Positions 32,496 to 42,720 of a DNA stretch of 46,674 nt are shown in pieces (position 1 is the stretch's first letter; the number at the start of each line of letters is the position of its first letter). The notes beneath the pieces were generated by a model. That model saw only the letters and a program-made list of their open reading frames with translations. It was not told the origin of the DNA and did no database searches. The position numbers and the translations under genes were made by a program. The stretch covers positions 1 to 46,674 of the forward strand of contig CAVYZN010000007.1 in NCBI GenBank assembly GCA_963773065.1, in the 5' to 3' direction. This DNA comes from an uncultured Gammaproteobacteria bacterium. GTDB lineage: Bacteria; Pseudomonadota; Gammaproteobacteria; UBA9214.

Positions 32496-32723
32496 GTGAC
32501 AACACAGCTACTGAGTCGGATCACCGTCAATCCCGAACAATGCGGCGGATGCCCCTGTATTCGGGGTATGCGCATACGGGTGTCCGATGTGCTGGATCTG
32601 TTGGCGGCGGGTTTGACAGCCGAGCAGATTCTCGACGAGCTGCCCGATCTTGAGCCGGAGGATATTCCGGCCTGCCTGCACTATGCCGTCCGCAAACTCG
32701 ATCATCCCGTGATCGCTGCGTGA
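32496..32723 (+). CDS. DUF433 family protein (putative antitoxin)
   Basis: RITVNPEQCGGCPCIRGMRIRVSDVL...PDLEPEDI.ACL.YA; GTG start. Confidence 0.9.
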   Translation: MTTQLLSRITVNPEQCGGCPCIRGMRIRVSDVLDLLAAGLTAEQILDELPDLEPEDIPACLHYAVRKLDHPVIAA

Positions 32724-33061
32724 AGATCTGGCTCGATGCGCAACTGTCGCCTGCGCTGGCCCCTTGGTTAACGAGTGAATTTTCTGTCGAAGCCAGCCCG
32801 GTACGCGATCTGGGATTACGTGACAGTACGGATGAGGCGATATTTTCGGCTGCCAGAAAAGCCTCGGCCATCGTCATGACCAAGGACGGGGATTTTCCGC
32901 GGCTGCTGGAACAGTTTGGCCTGCCACCACAGGTTGTCTGGATCACGTGCGGCAACACCAGCAATGCGCATTTGAATGAAATCCTGGGAAAAACACTCCC
33001 ACCCGCACTGAAACTGCTTGGCGCCGACGAACCCTTGGTCGAAATCAGCGACCCCTGGTAA
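32720..33061 (+). CDS. DUF5615 PIN-like protein (putative toxin)
   Basis: MKIWLDAQLSP, D.AIF..A, MTKDGDF, PPQVVW.TCGN; coupled to the DUF433 gene. Confidence 0.88.
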   Translation: MKIWLDAQLSPALAPWLTSEFSVEASPVRDLGLRDSTDEAIFSAARKASAIVMTKDGDFPRLLEQFGLPPQVVWITCGNTSNAHLNEILGKTLPPALKLLGADEPLVEISDPW

Positions 33062-33098
33062 GCGACAGAAACTTCGCCCCTGCGGTGTGAAACCCGCC

Positions 33099-33665
33099 TC
33101 AGGTCTTGGGCAGCGTGACGCCTTTCTGTCCCTGGTACTTGCCGCCGCGGTCGCGGTAGGACGTCTCGCAGACCTCGTCGGCTTCGAAGAACAGCACCTG
33201 CGCGACCCCTTCGTTGGCGTAGATCTTGGCCGGCAGGGGGGTGGTGTTGGAGAACTCGAGGGTGACATGCCCTTCCCACTCGGGTTCCAGCGGCGTGACG
33301 TTCACGATGATGCCGCAGCGGGCGTAGGTCGATTTCCCCAGGCAGATGGTCAGCACATTGCGCGGGATGCGGAAATACTCGACGGTGCGCGCCAGCGCGA
33401 AGGAATTGGGCGGGATGATGCAGACATCCGCCCTGACGTCGACGAAGCTGTTGGCGTCGAAATTCTTGGGGTCGACGATGGCCGAGTTGATGTTGGTGAA
33501 GATCTTGAATTCATCGGAACAGCGGATGTCGTAGCCGTAGCTCGAGGTCCCGTAGGACACCAGCCGTCCCGCCGCGCCTTCCCGCACCTGGCCGGGCTCG
33601 AACGGCTCGATCATGCCGTGATCCCTGGCCATGCGGCGTATCCATTTGTCCGACTTGATCGACAT
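33099..33665 (-). CDS. dcd: dCTP deaminase
   Basis: [43 protein letters not shown]. Confidence 0.97.
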   Translation of the reverse strand: MSIKSDKWIRRMARDHGMIEPFEPGQVREGAAGRLVSYGTSSYGYDIRCSDEFKIFTNINSAIVDPKNFDANSFVDVRADVCIIPPNSFALARTVEYFRIPRNVLTICLGKSTYARCGIIVNVTPLEPEWEGHVTLEFSNTTPLPAKIYANEGVAQVLFFEADEVCETSYRDRGGKYQGQKGVTLPKT

Positions 33666-33720
33666 GATTCTAATCGTCGGCCCAGTTCGACTGATTACTA
33701 GCCTTAAACCTAGTAAATAG

Positions 33721-33778
33721 CCCCGGAAACACGCGGAAGACACGGAATTATCCGGTGTTGTATCGTGCGTTTCCGTGG
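33721..33778. repeat. Imperfect palindromic intergenic repeat (CACGGAA-type)
   Basis: CCCCGGAAACACGCGGAAGACACGGA pairs imperfectly with TCCGGTGTTGTATCGTGCGTTTCCGTGG. Confidence 0.5.
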
Positions 33779-33835
33779 ACAACGTGCGCATACGGCCGAT
33801 AGCCGTAAGCGCCATTGAGTCATGCCATTGGTTCT

Positions 33836-34927
33836 TCAGTCGTTCTGGATCACGATCTGCGGGAAACGCGCGGCGTAGTCCTTGGTCCTGAGCGAGAGCT
33901 TGGCGGCGGTGCGCCGGGCGATCTCGCGGTAGATCTTCGCGATGCGGCTCTCCGGCTCCGCCACCACGGTGGGCTTGCCGGCGTCCGTCTCCTCGCGGAT
34001 GCGCTTGTCGAGCGGCAGGCCGCCGAGGAAATCGACGTTGTACTGCTCGGCCATGCGCCGCCCGCCACCCTCGCCGAAGATGTACTCCTCGTGGCCGCAT
34101 TCGCTGCAGATATGGATGCTCATGTTCTCCACGATGCCGAGCACCGGCACCTCCACCTTCTCGAACATCTTGAGTCCCTTGCGCGCGTCCAGCAGGGCGA
34201 TATCCTGCGGCGTGGTGACGATGATCGCCCCGCTCACCGGCACCTGCTGGGCCAGCGTCAACTGGATATCCCCGGTACCCGGCGGCAGGTCCACCACCAG
34301 GTAGTCGAGATCCTTCCAGTTGGTGTCATGCAGCAACTGCTGCAGCGCCTGGGTCACCATCGGGCCGCGCCAGATCATCGGCGTCTCCTCGTCGATCAGG
34401 AAGCCGATGGACATCGCCTGCAGGTGATAACTGACCAGGGGTTCCAGCGACTTGCCATCCAGCGATTCCGGCTTGCCGTGCACGCCCAGCATGCGCGGCT
34501 GGCTGGGACCGTAGATATCGGCATCCAGCATGCCCACGGTGGCGCCTTCCGCCGAGAGCGCCAGCGCCAGATTGACCGCCACGGTGGATTTGCCCACCCC
34601 GCCCTTGCCCGAAGCCACGGCGATGATGTTCTTGATGTTGTCGAGGTGCTTGACGCCCTTCTGCACCGCATGGGCGGCGATCTTGGTGGACACCTTGACG
34701 GTGGCCGTGCGGATGCCGTCGATCGACTCGACCAGTTGTTTCAGCGTGCCCGAGAGTTGCTCGTGGTAACCGCTTGCCGGAAAGCCGAGCACCACCTCGA
34801 CCGTGGCGGTGTCGCCGGCTACCGCGATACTTTTGATGCTTTTCGCGGACACCAGGTCGCGCTCCAGATAGGGATCCACGTAGGTGGCCAGCTTAGCTTC
34901 GATCTGGGATTGGGTTACTTCAGCCAT
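33836..34927 (-). CDS. apbC: Iron-sulfur cluster carrier ApbC/Mrp
   Basis: [40 protein letters not shown]. Confidence 0.96.
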   Translation of the reverse strand: MAEVTQSQIEAKLATYVDPYLERDLVSAKSIKSIAVAGDTATVEVVLGFPASGYHEQLSGTLKQLVESIDGIRTATVKVSTKIAAHAVQKGVKHLDNIKNIIAVASGKGGVGKSTVAVNLALALSAEGATVGMLDADIYGPSQPRMLGVHGKPESLDGKSLEPLVSYHLQAMSIGFLIDEETPMIWRGPMVTQALQQLLHDTNWKDLDYLVVDLPPGTGDIQLTLAQQVPVSGAIIVTTPQDIALLDARKGLKMFEKVEVPVLGIVENMSIHICSECGHEEYIFGEGGGRRMAEQYNVDFLGGLPLDKRIREETDAGKPTVVAEPESRIAKIYREIARRTAAKLSLRTKDYAARFPQIVIQND

Positions 34928-35122
34928 TCGTTGACTCCTTGCGGAACGACAGGGTGCAGGCCGCCGCCGCTCTCGGGTGAAAATTGAGCGGGGATTGTAC
35001 ACGAACTTCCGCGGAGCGTCCCCCGCCGGAGGCGCTCGTTACCGCACCACGCGCCTCTCTATGGCATACTAGCGCGTGGATTATCTGCACAAGCAACAGG
35101 GTATTAACCGGGAAACGGCTCC

Positions 35123-37158
35123 ATGAATCCAAGCAAGCGCACCCTGCTGGTCACCAGCGCCCTGCCCTATGCCAACGGGCCGATCCATCTGGGACATTTG
35201 GTCGAGTATATCCAGACCGACATCTGGGTGCGGTTCCAGAAGTCGCGGGGTCACGATTGCGTCTATGTGTGCGCCGACGACGCGCACGGCACGCCCATCA
35301 TGCTGCGCGCGCAGCAGGAGGGCATCACCCCCGAACAACTCATCGAGCGCATGGGCCGCGAACACCGCGCCGACTTCCGTGACTTCCACATCGACTTCGA
35401 CAACTATCACAGCACCCATTCCCCCGAGAACCGGGAACTCGCCGAGCGGCTTTACCGCCGGCATTTCGATGCCGGCCACATCGCCACCCGCACCATTACC
35501 CAGGCCTATGATGCCGAGAAGGAGATGTTCCTGCCGGACCGCTTCATCAAGGGCGAGTGTCCGCGCTGCGGCGCCGCCGGCCAGTACGGCGACAGTTGCG
35601 AAGTCTGCGGCGCGACCTATGCGCCGACCGAGCTCAAAAACCCGGTGTCCGTGATTTCCGGCAGCACGCCGGTGGAACGGGAATCCCTGCACTACTTCTT
35701 CAAGCTCGCGGATTTCGAGCCGCTGCTGCGCGAGTGGACCCGCGCCGGGCACGTGCAGGCGGAGGTCACCAACAAGCTCAACGAATGGTTTGATGAGGGC
35801 CTGCGGGAATGGGACATCTCCCGCGATGCGCCCTACTTCGGTTTCCCGATACCCGGCGCCACGGACAAGTATTTCTATGTCTGGCTGGACGCGCCCATCG
35901 GCTACATGGCCAGTTTCAAAAACCTGTGCGCGCGCACCGGCCGCGATTTCGACGCCTACTGGAGCAAGGACAGCACGGTGGAACTGTACCATTTCATCGG
36001 CAAGGACATCATCTACTTCCATGCCCTGTTCTGGCCGGCCATGCTGGCGGGCGCCGGCCTGCGCACCCCCACGGCCATCTTCGCGCACGGCTTCCTGACC
36101 ATCGACGGCCAGAAGATGTCCAAGTCGCGCGGCACCTTCATCAAGGCGCGCACCTACCTCGACCACCTGAACCCCGAATACCTGCGCTATTACTTCGCGG
36201 CCAAGCTGGGCGGCGGCATCGATGACCTGGATCTCAACCTGGACGATTTCATCCAGCGCATCAACAGCGACCTGGTCGGCAAGGTGGTCAATATCGCCAG
36301 CCGCTGCGCCGGGTTCATCACCAAACGCTTCGGCGGCGAACTCGCGGGCAATTGCGCGGAAGCGGGGCTGTACGCGGAATTCGTCCAGGCGGGCGATGAC
36401 ATCGCCCGCGACTACGAGGCGCGGGAATTCAGCCAGGCGATACGCAAGATCATGGCGCTCGCCGACCGGGCCAACCAGTACATCGACCAGCACAAACCCT
36501 GGGCGCTCGCCAAACAGCCGGGGCAGGAGCAGGCGGTGCAGGCCGTCTGCAGCGTCGGCATCAATTTGTTCCGGGTGCTGGCCGCCTATCTGTCGCCGGT
36601 ATTGCCGGCGATGGCCGGGCAGGTGGAGTCCTTCCTGAACATCCCGCCGCTGCGCTGGGATGCCATCGGCTCGCCGCTCACCGCGCATGCGATCAACCCG
36701 TTCCTGCCCCTGCTCACGCGCGTGGAACCGGATAAGGTGGCCGCCATGCTGGAAGATTCGAAACACAGCCTCGGCGACCGCGACACGGCCGCGCCGGCGG
36801 CGCACGCGCCGTTGCAAGCGGATCCGATCGCGGCAACCATAAACTTCGAGGATTTCGCGAAAATCGACCTGCGCATCGCCCGCATCAACAAGGCGGAACC
36901 CGTGGCCGGCGCCGACAAGCTGCTGCGCCTGGAACTCAATCTCGGCGGTGAAACCCGCAACGTCTTTGCCGGCATCAAGTCCGCCTACGCACCGGAGGCG
37001 CTCGAGGGCCGCCTGACCGTGATGGTCGCCAACCTCGCCCCGCGCCAGATGCGCTTCGGCGTATCCGAGGGCATGGTGCTCGCGGCCGGCCCCGGCGGCG
37101 GGGACCTGTGGATACTCCATCCCGATGCCGGCGCCAGCCGGGCATGCGGGTCAAGTAG
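35123..37158 (+). CDS. metG: Methionine--tRNA ligase (1-nt deletion near 37135)
   Basis: [11 protein letters not shown], zinc knuckle, KMSKS, tRNA-binding C-domain. The expected end PDAGA(Q)PGMRVK* is present in a shifted frame with TAG at 37156-37158. Confidence 0.96.
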
Positions 37159-37198
37159 CGGCGGCAGGTGCGCCCGCGCGGCAACATCGGTGACTGAT

Positions 37199-37780
37199 AT
37201 GACTGAACTCGCCCTGATCCTGGTCAGTACCGTACTGGTTAACAATTTCGTGCTGGTCAAGTTTCTTGGCCTGTGCCCGTTCATGGGCGTCTCGCGCAAC
37301 GTGGAAACGGCCACCGGGATGGCGCTGGCCACCACCTTCGTCATGACCCTTTCCTCGATCTGCAGCTTCCTGGCCGATCACTACCTGCTGGAGCCGCTGG
37401 GGCTGCAATATCTGCGCACCCTCACCTTCATCCTGGTGATCGCCGCCGTCGTGCAGTTCACGGAAATGGTGGTCCACAAGACCAGCCCGCTGCTCTACAA
37501 GGTGCTGGGCATCTTTCTGCCGCTGATCACCACCAACTGCGCGGTACTGGGGGTGGCGCTGCTCAATACGCAGGAGAAGCACGGTTTCCTGCAATCGGCG
37601 GTCTACGGTTTCGGCGCCGCGGCCGGCTTCTCCCTGGTGCTGATCCTGTTCTCGGCCATGCGCGAGCGCGTTGCCGTCGCCGACGTGCCGGCGCCGTTCC
37701 GCGGTTCCGCCATCGCGCTGGTGACCGCCGGCATGATGTCGCTCGCCTTCATGGGTTTTTCCGGCCTGATCAAGGGCTGA
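37199..37780 (+). CDS. rsxA: Rnf/Rsx electron transport subunit A
   Basis: [31 protein letters not shown]; own ATG at 37199. Confidence 0.95.
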   Translation: MTELALILVSTVLVNNFVLVKFLGLCPFMGVSRNVETATGMALATTFVMTLSSICSFLADHYLLEPLGLQYLRTLTFILVIAAVVQFTEMVVHKTSPLLYKVLGIFLPLITTNCAVLGVALLNTQEKHGFLQSAVYGFGAAAGFSLVLILFSAMRERVAVADVPAPFRGSAIALVTAGMMSLAFMGFSGLIKG

Positions 37781-37824
37781 GCGGCGCCCCGTGAACTGAC
37801 CGGCCGGTTGCGTTTCCCGTCCCC

Positions 37825-38406
37825 ATGCTGACCGCGCTGCTGACACTGGGCACCCTCGCCGCCCTGATCGGCCTGATACTGGGCTACGCGGCCATCCGTT
37901 TCCGGGTCGAAAGCGATCCGATCGTCGACCAGATCGATGCCCTGCTGCCGCAGACGCAATGCGGCCAGTGCACCTATCCCGGCTGCCGCCCCTACGCCGA
38001 AGCCATCGCGGCCGGCGAGGCCGACATCAACCAGTGTCCGCCCGGGGGCGAGAGCACCATCCAGGCGCTGGCCGATCTGCTCGGGCGCGACCCCAAACCG
38101 TTGAACCCGGAACACGGCATGCACGCCGAGAAGAGCGTCGCCATCATCCACGAAGAACTCTGCATCGGCTGCACCCTGTGCATCCAGGCCTGTCCGGTGG
38201 ATGCCATCCTCGGCGCGCCCAAGCACATGCATACCGTCATCGCCGCCGAGTGCACCGGCTGCAAGCTGTGCGTCGCGCCCTGCCCGGTGGAATGCATCGA
38301 GATGGTGCCGGTGCCGCAAACCATCAACACCTGGGTCTGGCCCACGCCGGAGCACCCGCTCCACGGCGCGGGCGCGGGCGCGCTGGTGCAGGGGGCGCGC
38401 GGTTGA
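37825..38406 (+). CDS. rsxB: Rnf/Rsx subunit B
   Basis: [14 protein letters not shown] and two 4Fe-4S motifs (CIGCTLC, CTGCKLC). Confidence 0.96.
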   Translation: MLTALLTLGTLAALIGLILGYAAIRFRVESDPIVDQIDALLPQTQCGQCTYPGCRPYAEAIAAGEADINQCPPGGESTIQALADLLGRDPKPLNPEHGMHAEKSVAIIHEELCIGCTLCIQACPVDAILGAPKHMHTVIAAECTGCKLCVAPCPVECIEMVPVPQTINTWVWPTPEHPLHGAGAGALVQGARG

Positions 38407-40091
38407 TGCAAGCGAGCGTCGACACGACACTGGTGCGCGAGGACATCATCGATCCCCGCGATCAGCTTTACCGTTTTCACGGCGGGCTGGTCCTGCCGGG
38501 CCAGCGCGAGCCGGCGGCCTCGCTGCCCGTGCGGGTCGCGGGTATTCCGCCGCGGCTGGTGCTGCCCCTGAAACAGCACATCGGCGAAGCGGCCGACTGC
38601 CTGGTCAACCCGGGAGAGCAGGTGTTCAAGGGGCAGATGATCGCCGCACCCCGGGGCGCCATCAGCATGCCGGTGCACGCCTCCAGCTCGGGCACCGTCG
38701 TCGCCGTGGAAGACCGGCCCGTGCCCCACCCTTCGGGCCTCAAGGCGCCCTGCATCATCATCGAGACCGACGGCAGGGATGAAGGGATCGACTCGGGCGC
38801 CCCCCTCTCCGATTATCACCGCGTTCCGGCGGGGACCCTGCTCGACATCATCCGCCAGGCCGGCATCGTCGGCCTGGGCGGGGCCGGCTTCCCGACCCAG
38901 GTCAAGCTCTCGCACCGCGCGCAGGAAGGGATCGATCTGCTGCTCATCAACGGCGTCGAGTGCGAGCCTTACATCTGCTGCGACGACCGGCTTATGCAGG
39001 AGCGCGCCGGCGAGATCCTGGAGGGCGTGAGGATACTGCGGCACATCCTTAAGCCGCGTCACTGCGTCATCGCCATCGAAGACCACATGCCGGCGGCCGA
39101 GGCCGCCATGCGCGCGGCCGTGAGCGCCGCGGCGGCGGAGCCTATCCGCGTCATACGCGTGCCGGAGATCTATCCGACCGGCGGCGAGCGCCAGTTGATC
39201 AAGGTGCTGACCGGCCGCGAGGTCCCCAGCCAGGGATTTCCGGCCGACATCGGCATCATCTGCCAGAATGTCGGTACGGCCGCCGCGGTGTACCAGGCCG
39301 TGGTGCGCAACCAGCCGCTGATCGCGCGCCTCATCACGGTCACCGGGGCGGGCGTGCGGGAGCCGCGCAACCTCGAGGTCCGGATCGGCACGCCGTTCAG
39401 ATACGCCGTCGAGGCCTGCGGCGGCTACAGCCGCGACGTCGACCGTCTGCTGATGGGCGGGCCGATGATGGGCTTCGCGGTGGCGACGGATGAGGTCCCC
39501 GTCATCAAGACCAGCAATTGCATCCTGGCCGTCACCCGCGAGGAGATGCCGCCGCCCGCACGCGCCCTGCCCTGCATACGCTGCGGCAAATGCACCGAGG
39601 TCTGTCCCGCCGACCTGCTGCCGCAGCAGCTCTACTGGCATGCGCGCAGCGGCAACCTGGATGCCGCGCAGGATTACAACCTGTTCGACTGCATCGAATG
39701 CGGCTGCTGCGCCACGGTGTGCCCGAGCCACATTCCGCTGGTGCAATACTACCGCCACGCCAAGGCGGAGATCTGGACCCAGGAAAAACAGAAGCAGGCG
39801 GCGGATATCGCGCGCCGGCGCCACGAGGCGCGCCTCGCGCGCCTGGAACGCACCCGGCAGGAACGGGCCGGGCGGCTCTCGGAGCGGAAGAAATCGCTCG
39901 CCGGACCGGCCGATCAGGCGGCCGACGCCAAGCAGGCGGTCATCCGGGCCGCGCTGGAGCGCGTCAGGAAGAAAAAGGAAGAGGCCGCCCAGGCGCCCAA
40001 AAACATCGATAATCTCAGCTCCGAACAGGAACAGAAGATCCGCGAGATCGACGCGCGCCGCTCCCGCGGGGAGCCATCACCGCGAGACTGA
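38406..40091 (+). CDS. rsxC: Rnf/Rsx subunit C
   Basis: GIVGLGGAGFPT, NGVECEPY, CIRCGKC, CIECGCC; ATG overlaps the rsxB stop. Confidence 0.96.
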   Translation: MQASVDTTLVREDIIDPRDQLYRFHGGLVLPGQREPAASLPVRVAGIPPRLVLPLKQHIGEAADCLVNPGEQVFKGQMIAAPRGAISMPVHASSSGTVVAVEDRPVPHPSGLKAPCIIIETDGRDEGIDSGAPLSDYHRVPAGTLLDIIRQAGIVGLGGAGFPTQVKLSHRAQEGIDLLLINGVECEPYICCDDRLMQERAGEILEGVRILRHILKPRHCVIAIEDHMPAAEAAMRAAVSAAAAEPIRVIRVPEIYPTGGERQLIKVLTGREVPSQGFPADIGIICQNVGTAAAVYQAVVRNQPLIARLITVTGAGVREPRNLEVRIGTPFRYAVEACGGYSRDVDRLLMGGPMMGFAVATDEVPVIKTSNCILAVTREEMPPPARALPCIRCGKCTEVCPADLLPQQLYWHARSGNLDAAQDYNLFDCIECGCCATVCPSHIPLVQYYRHAKAEIWTQEKQKQAADIARRRHEARLARLERTRQERAGRLSERKKSLAGPADQAADAKQAVIRAALERVRKKKEEAAQAPKNIDNLSSEQEQKIREIDARRSRGEPSPRD

Positions 40092-40097
40092 CCCGCC

Positions 40098-41120
40098 GTG
40101 GAACTGCACAACTACAGCTCCCCGCACTTAAGCCTTCAGGGCGGCGTGACGGTCATGATGTCGCGCGTCCTGATCGCGCTCTCGCCCGGCATGGCCTGCG
40201 CCGTCTGGGTGTTCGGCTGGGGCATCATCGTCAATTGCCTCATCGCCTCCCTCGCGGCGATCGCCGCCGAGGCCGGCATGCTCGCCCTGCGCAATCGTCC
40301 GGTGGGCGCGACCCTGTACGATGGCAGCGCGCTGGTGACGGGCGTGCTGCTGGCGCTGGCCCTGCCGCCGCTCTCGCCCTGGTGGATCCCGGTGATCGGC
40401 AGCCTGTTCGCGATCGTGGTCGCCAAGCAGCTCTACGGCGGGCTCGGCTACAACCCGTTCAATCCCGCCATGGCCGGCTACGTCGTGCTGCTGATTTCCT
40501 TCCCGCTCGAACTGGCGCGCTGGTCGCCCCCCTTCGAGCCGCAGGGCCTGCTGGACACCTTAACGCTGGTGTTCACCGGCGCGCTGCCCGCCGGCGCCAC
40601 CCTGGACGGGCTAACCATGGCCACCCCCCTGGACGCCGTCAAGACCCAGCTCGGCCTGAATGTCACCCTCAGCGAGCTCGCCAGCCACGGTCTGTTCGGC
40701 CATTTCGGCAGCCGGGGCTGGGAGTGGATCAATCTCGGCTACCTGATCGGCGGGCTCTGGCTCCTTCGGGTAAAGGTCATCCAGTGGCAGATCCCCGTTG
40801 CCACCCTGGCGGGACTGTTCTCGATGGCCCTGGTGTTTTACGCGGTCAACCCGGATACCTCCACCTCGCCGGCGTTCCAGCTCTTCAGCGGCGCCGCCAT
40901 GCTGGGCGCCTTCTTTATCGCCACCGATCCGGTATCCGCCTGCACCACCCCGCGCGGACGGCTGATCTACGGCGCCGGCATCGGCATGCTCACCTACCTG
41001 ATACGCACCTGGGGCGGTTACCCGGACGGAATGGCCTTCGCCGTGCTGCTCATGAACATGGCGGCGCCGACCCTCGACCACTACACCCAGCCGCGGGTGT
41101 TCGGCCAGCCCGGTGACTGA
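40098..41120 (+). CDS. rsxD: Rnf/Rsx subunit D
   Basis: SSPH, KQLYGGLGYNPFNPA, FMN site TMATPL, FFIATDPVS. Confidence 0.96.
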   Translation: MELHNYSSPHLSLQGGVTVMMSRVLIALSPGMACAVWVFGWGIIVNCLIASLAAIAAEAGMLALRNRPVGATLYDGSALVTGVLLALALPPLSPWWIPVIGSLFAIVVAKQLYGGLGYNPFNPAMAGYVVLLISFPLELARWSPPFEPQGLLDTLTLVFTGALPAGATLDGLTMATPLDAVKTQLGLNVTLSELASHGLFGHFGSRGWEWINLGYLIGGLWLLRVKVIQWQIPVATLAGLFSMALVFYAVNPDTSTSPAFQLFSGAAMLGAFFIATDPVSACTTPRGRLIYGAGIGMLTYLIRTWGGYPDGMAFAVLLMNMAAPTLDHYTQPRVFGQPGD

Positions 41121-41123
41121 GCC

Positions 41124-41813
41124 GTGAACTATCGCAGCAGCGCCATTACCGCCGTTGTCCTCAGTCTGTTCGCCATTGCCGGGACGGCGCTGGTCGCCTA
41201 TACCCATGACCAGACGCGGGAGCGGATCGCCGCGAACGAACGCGAAACGCTGCTGCGCAAGCTCGACGTCCTCATTCCCCGGGACCATTATGACAACAAA
41301 CTGATCGAGGACACCCTCGAAGTCAGGGATGAGAAGCTGCTCGGCACGTCCGAACCGGTCACCGTCTATCGCGCCCGCCGGGAGGGCAAACCGGTTGCCG
41401 TGGTCATGACGCCGGTCGCGCCGGACGGTTACAGCGGTTCCATCAGTCTGCTGGTCGGCATCGGCTATGACGGCACCCTGACCGGCGTACGTGTAACCGC
41501 GCACCACGAGACACCCGGACTCGGCGATTACATCGAGGAGGAGCGCTCCGACTGGATCTACGGTTTTGACGGCAAATCCCTGGATAATCCGCCGCTGGAA
41601 CGCTGGGGCGTGAAAAAGGACGGCGGGGCGTTTGACCAACTGACCGGCGCCACCATCACGCCGCGCGCGATCGTCAAGGCGGTGAGGAAAACGCTGCTAT
41701 ATTACCGGGAACATCGCGACGCCTTGTTTGCCGAGGCGAAGGCGCCTGTTCAGGGCACATCGACCCCGGCAGGAACGAGGGGAACAACCCCGGAGCGAGG
41801 CAACCATGAGTGA
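41124..41813 (+). CDS. rsxG: Rnf/Rsx subunit G
   Basis: APDGYSG, HHETPGLGD, FMN site FDQLTGATITPRA. Confidence 0.95.
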   Translation: MNYRSSAITAVVLSLFAIAGTALVAYTHDQTRERIAANERETLLRKLDVLIPRDHYDNKLIEDTLEVRDEKLLGTSEPVTVYRARREGKPVAVVMTPVAPDGYSGSISLLVGIGYDGTLTGVRVTAHHETPGLGDYIEEERSDWIYGFDGKSLDNPPLERWGVKKDGGAFDQLTGATITPRAIVKAVRKTLLYYREHRDALFAEAKAPVQGTSTPAGTRGTTPERGNHE

Positions 41814-42718
41814 TCCCGGCTAGCTTGGCGCATGACGCCAAGTCCGCCATGCCCGCATGCAGGGTGAACCCGGCCTTCTTGATCGGGTGCGCGGCCAGCG
41901 TGCGATACACAATGCCAGCATCTGGCCCATGATCGCCGGGCGGGTTCTACATTGCGCTCCGACGGCGCGCCCGCGTGTTCCAACAGCAGTGTTCGAAGAT
42001 CGTTCAGCAGCAGAGGCGCGTACAGGAAGCTCGCGCTATAAATGTTGCGCACCCGCCGTTGGCCGTCGATGAGAAAAACCTTCAGCATGTGCGCGAGCGC
42101 CCCGGTCTCCCGCCCGCGGGCGTCGTGCTCCCGGATCACATACTGGCCGTAGCGATCCAAGATAGGCGCAAGCTCCGATCTGGAGGCGGTGGTGAGAAAC
42201 ACCCAGTCGTCCATGTCCGTGCGGCCCACCATCGCATCCGCATAGGCCCGCATCGCCTGGGGCGTGTCGTGCTCGGGGTCGAAGCTCAGGCTGATTAAGC
42301 GCACCCGTCCCGCCAGCGCCGGATCTTTGGCCACCCGCGAGGCCACTTGGCGCAGCACCTGGGTGGCCAGAGGACAGCCGCGGCTGTCGGCGCAATGGGT
42401 GTAGATGAAGCTTAGCAGTACTATTCGCCCGTCCAGGTAGTCCGACAGCTTATGCCGGCTCCCGGACGTGTCCAGCACCGCGCCGTCGGCGGCCCGCTGG
42501 ATCGGCGGCAGCTCATAGCTGCCCGGCGCGGGCGGCTGGTAGCCCAGACCGGCACCGGGGTCGCCCGCACTGTCCGCTGCAAGACCCGCGGCGAGCCAGG
42601 TCCATAGCACCAGCGCGCAGGGACGCGCACCCCTTCTCAGCGCGATAGGCATCTGCCCGTCGGCCCGGGGCGGGCCTCCCACATTGGTGGGAGCGGCGCC
42701 CTCGCCGCGACGCCTCAT
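41750..42718 (-). CDS. SCO1/SenC copper chaperone associated with methanethiol oxidase; C-terminus probably truncated
   Basis: FIYTHCADSRGCPLA, SLSFDPEHDTP, HMLKVFLID. Start at 42718 or 42652. Beyond about 41945 the ORF reads through transposase debris and into the antisense of rsxG. Confidence 0.85.
   Translation of the reverse strand: MRRRGEGAAPTNVGGPPRADGQMPIALRRGARPCALVLWTWLAAGLAADSAGDPGAGLGYQPPAPGSYELPPIQRAADGAVLDTSGSRHKLSDYLDGRIVLLSFIYTHCADSRGCPLATQVLRQVASRVAKDPALAGRVRLISLSFDPEHDTPQAMRAYADAMVGRTDMDDWVFLTTASRSELAPILDRYGQYVIREHDARGRETGALAHMLKVFLIDGQRRVRNIYSASFLYAPLLLNDLRTLLLEHAGAPSERNVEPARRSWARCWHCVSHAGRAPDQEGRVHPACGHGGLGVMRQASRDHSWLPRSGVVPLVPAGVDVP
41845..41944 (-). mobile_element. Internal fragment of an IS91/ISCR transposase
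   Basis: Reads RPAIMGQML(G)IVYRTLAAHPIKKAGFTLHAGMA with a 1-nt slip. This matches recalled ISCR motifs ..P..MGQVL.IVYR.L..HLIKKAG fused to the downstream AGFSLHAG motif. Confidence 0.75.
41864..41884. repeat. 21-bp direct repeat, copy 1
   Basis: GTGAACCCGGCCTTCTTGATC, identical at 44194-44214. Confidence 0.95.
42660..42710. repeat. REP-like doublet (GTGGGAG type)
   Basis: TCGGCCCGGGGCGGGCCTCCCAC followed by GTGGGAGCGGCGCCCTCGCCGCGA. Confidence 0.7.
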
Positions 42719-42720
42719 GC

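Noticed and set aside
32119-32505. 128-aa ORF over the repeat cluster
   Set aside because: It is a translation of REP palindromes (VGANLFA...ANKFAP) with no protein features.
35123-37780. Apparent 885-aa MetG-RsxA fusion
   Set aside because: The normal MetG end (PGMRVK*) is present one base out of frame and rsxA has its own ATG at 37199; a single missing base explains the fusion.
35081-39824. Long antisense ORFs (679 aa, 610 aa) and similar shadows over lepA, fumarase and mtoX
   Set aside because: Expected in high-GC DNA opposite real genes; no recognisable motifs.
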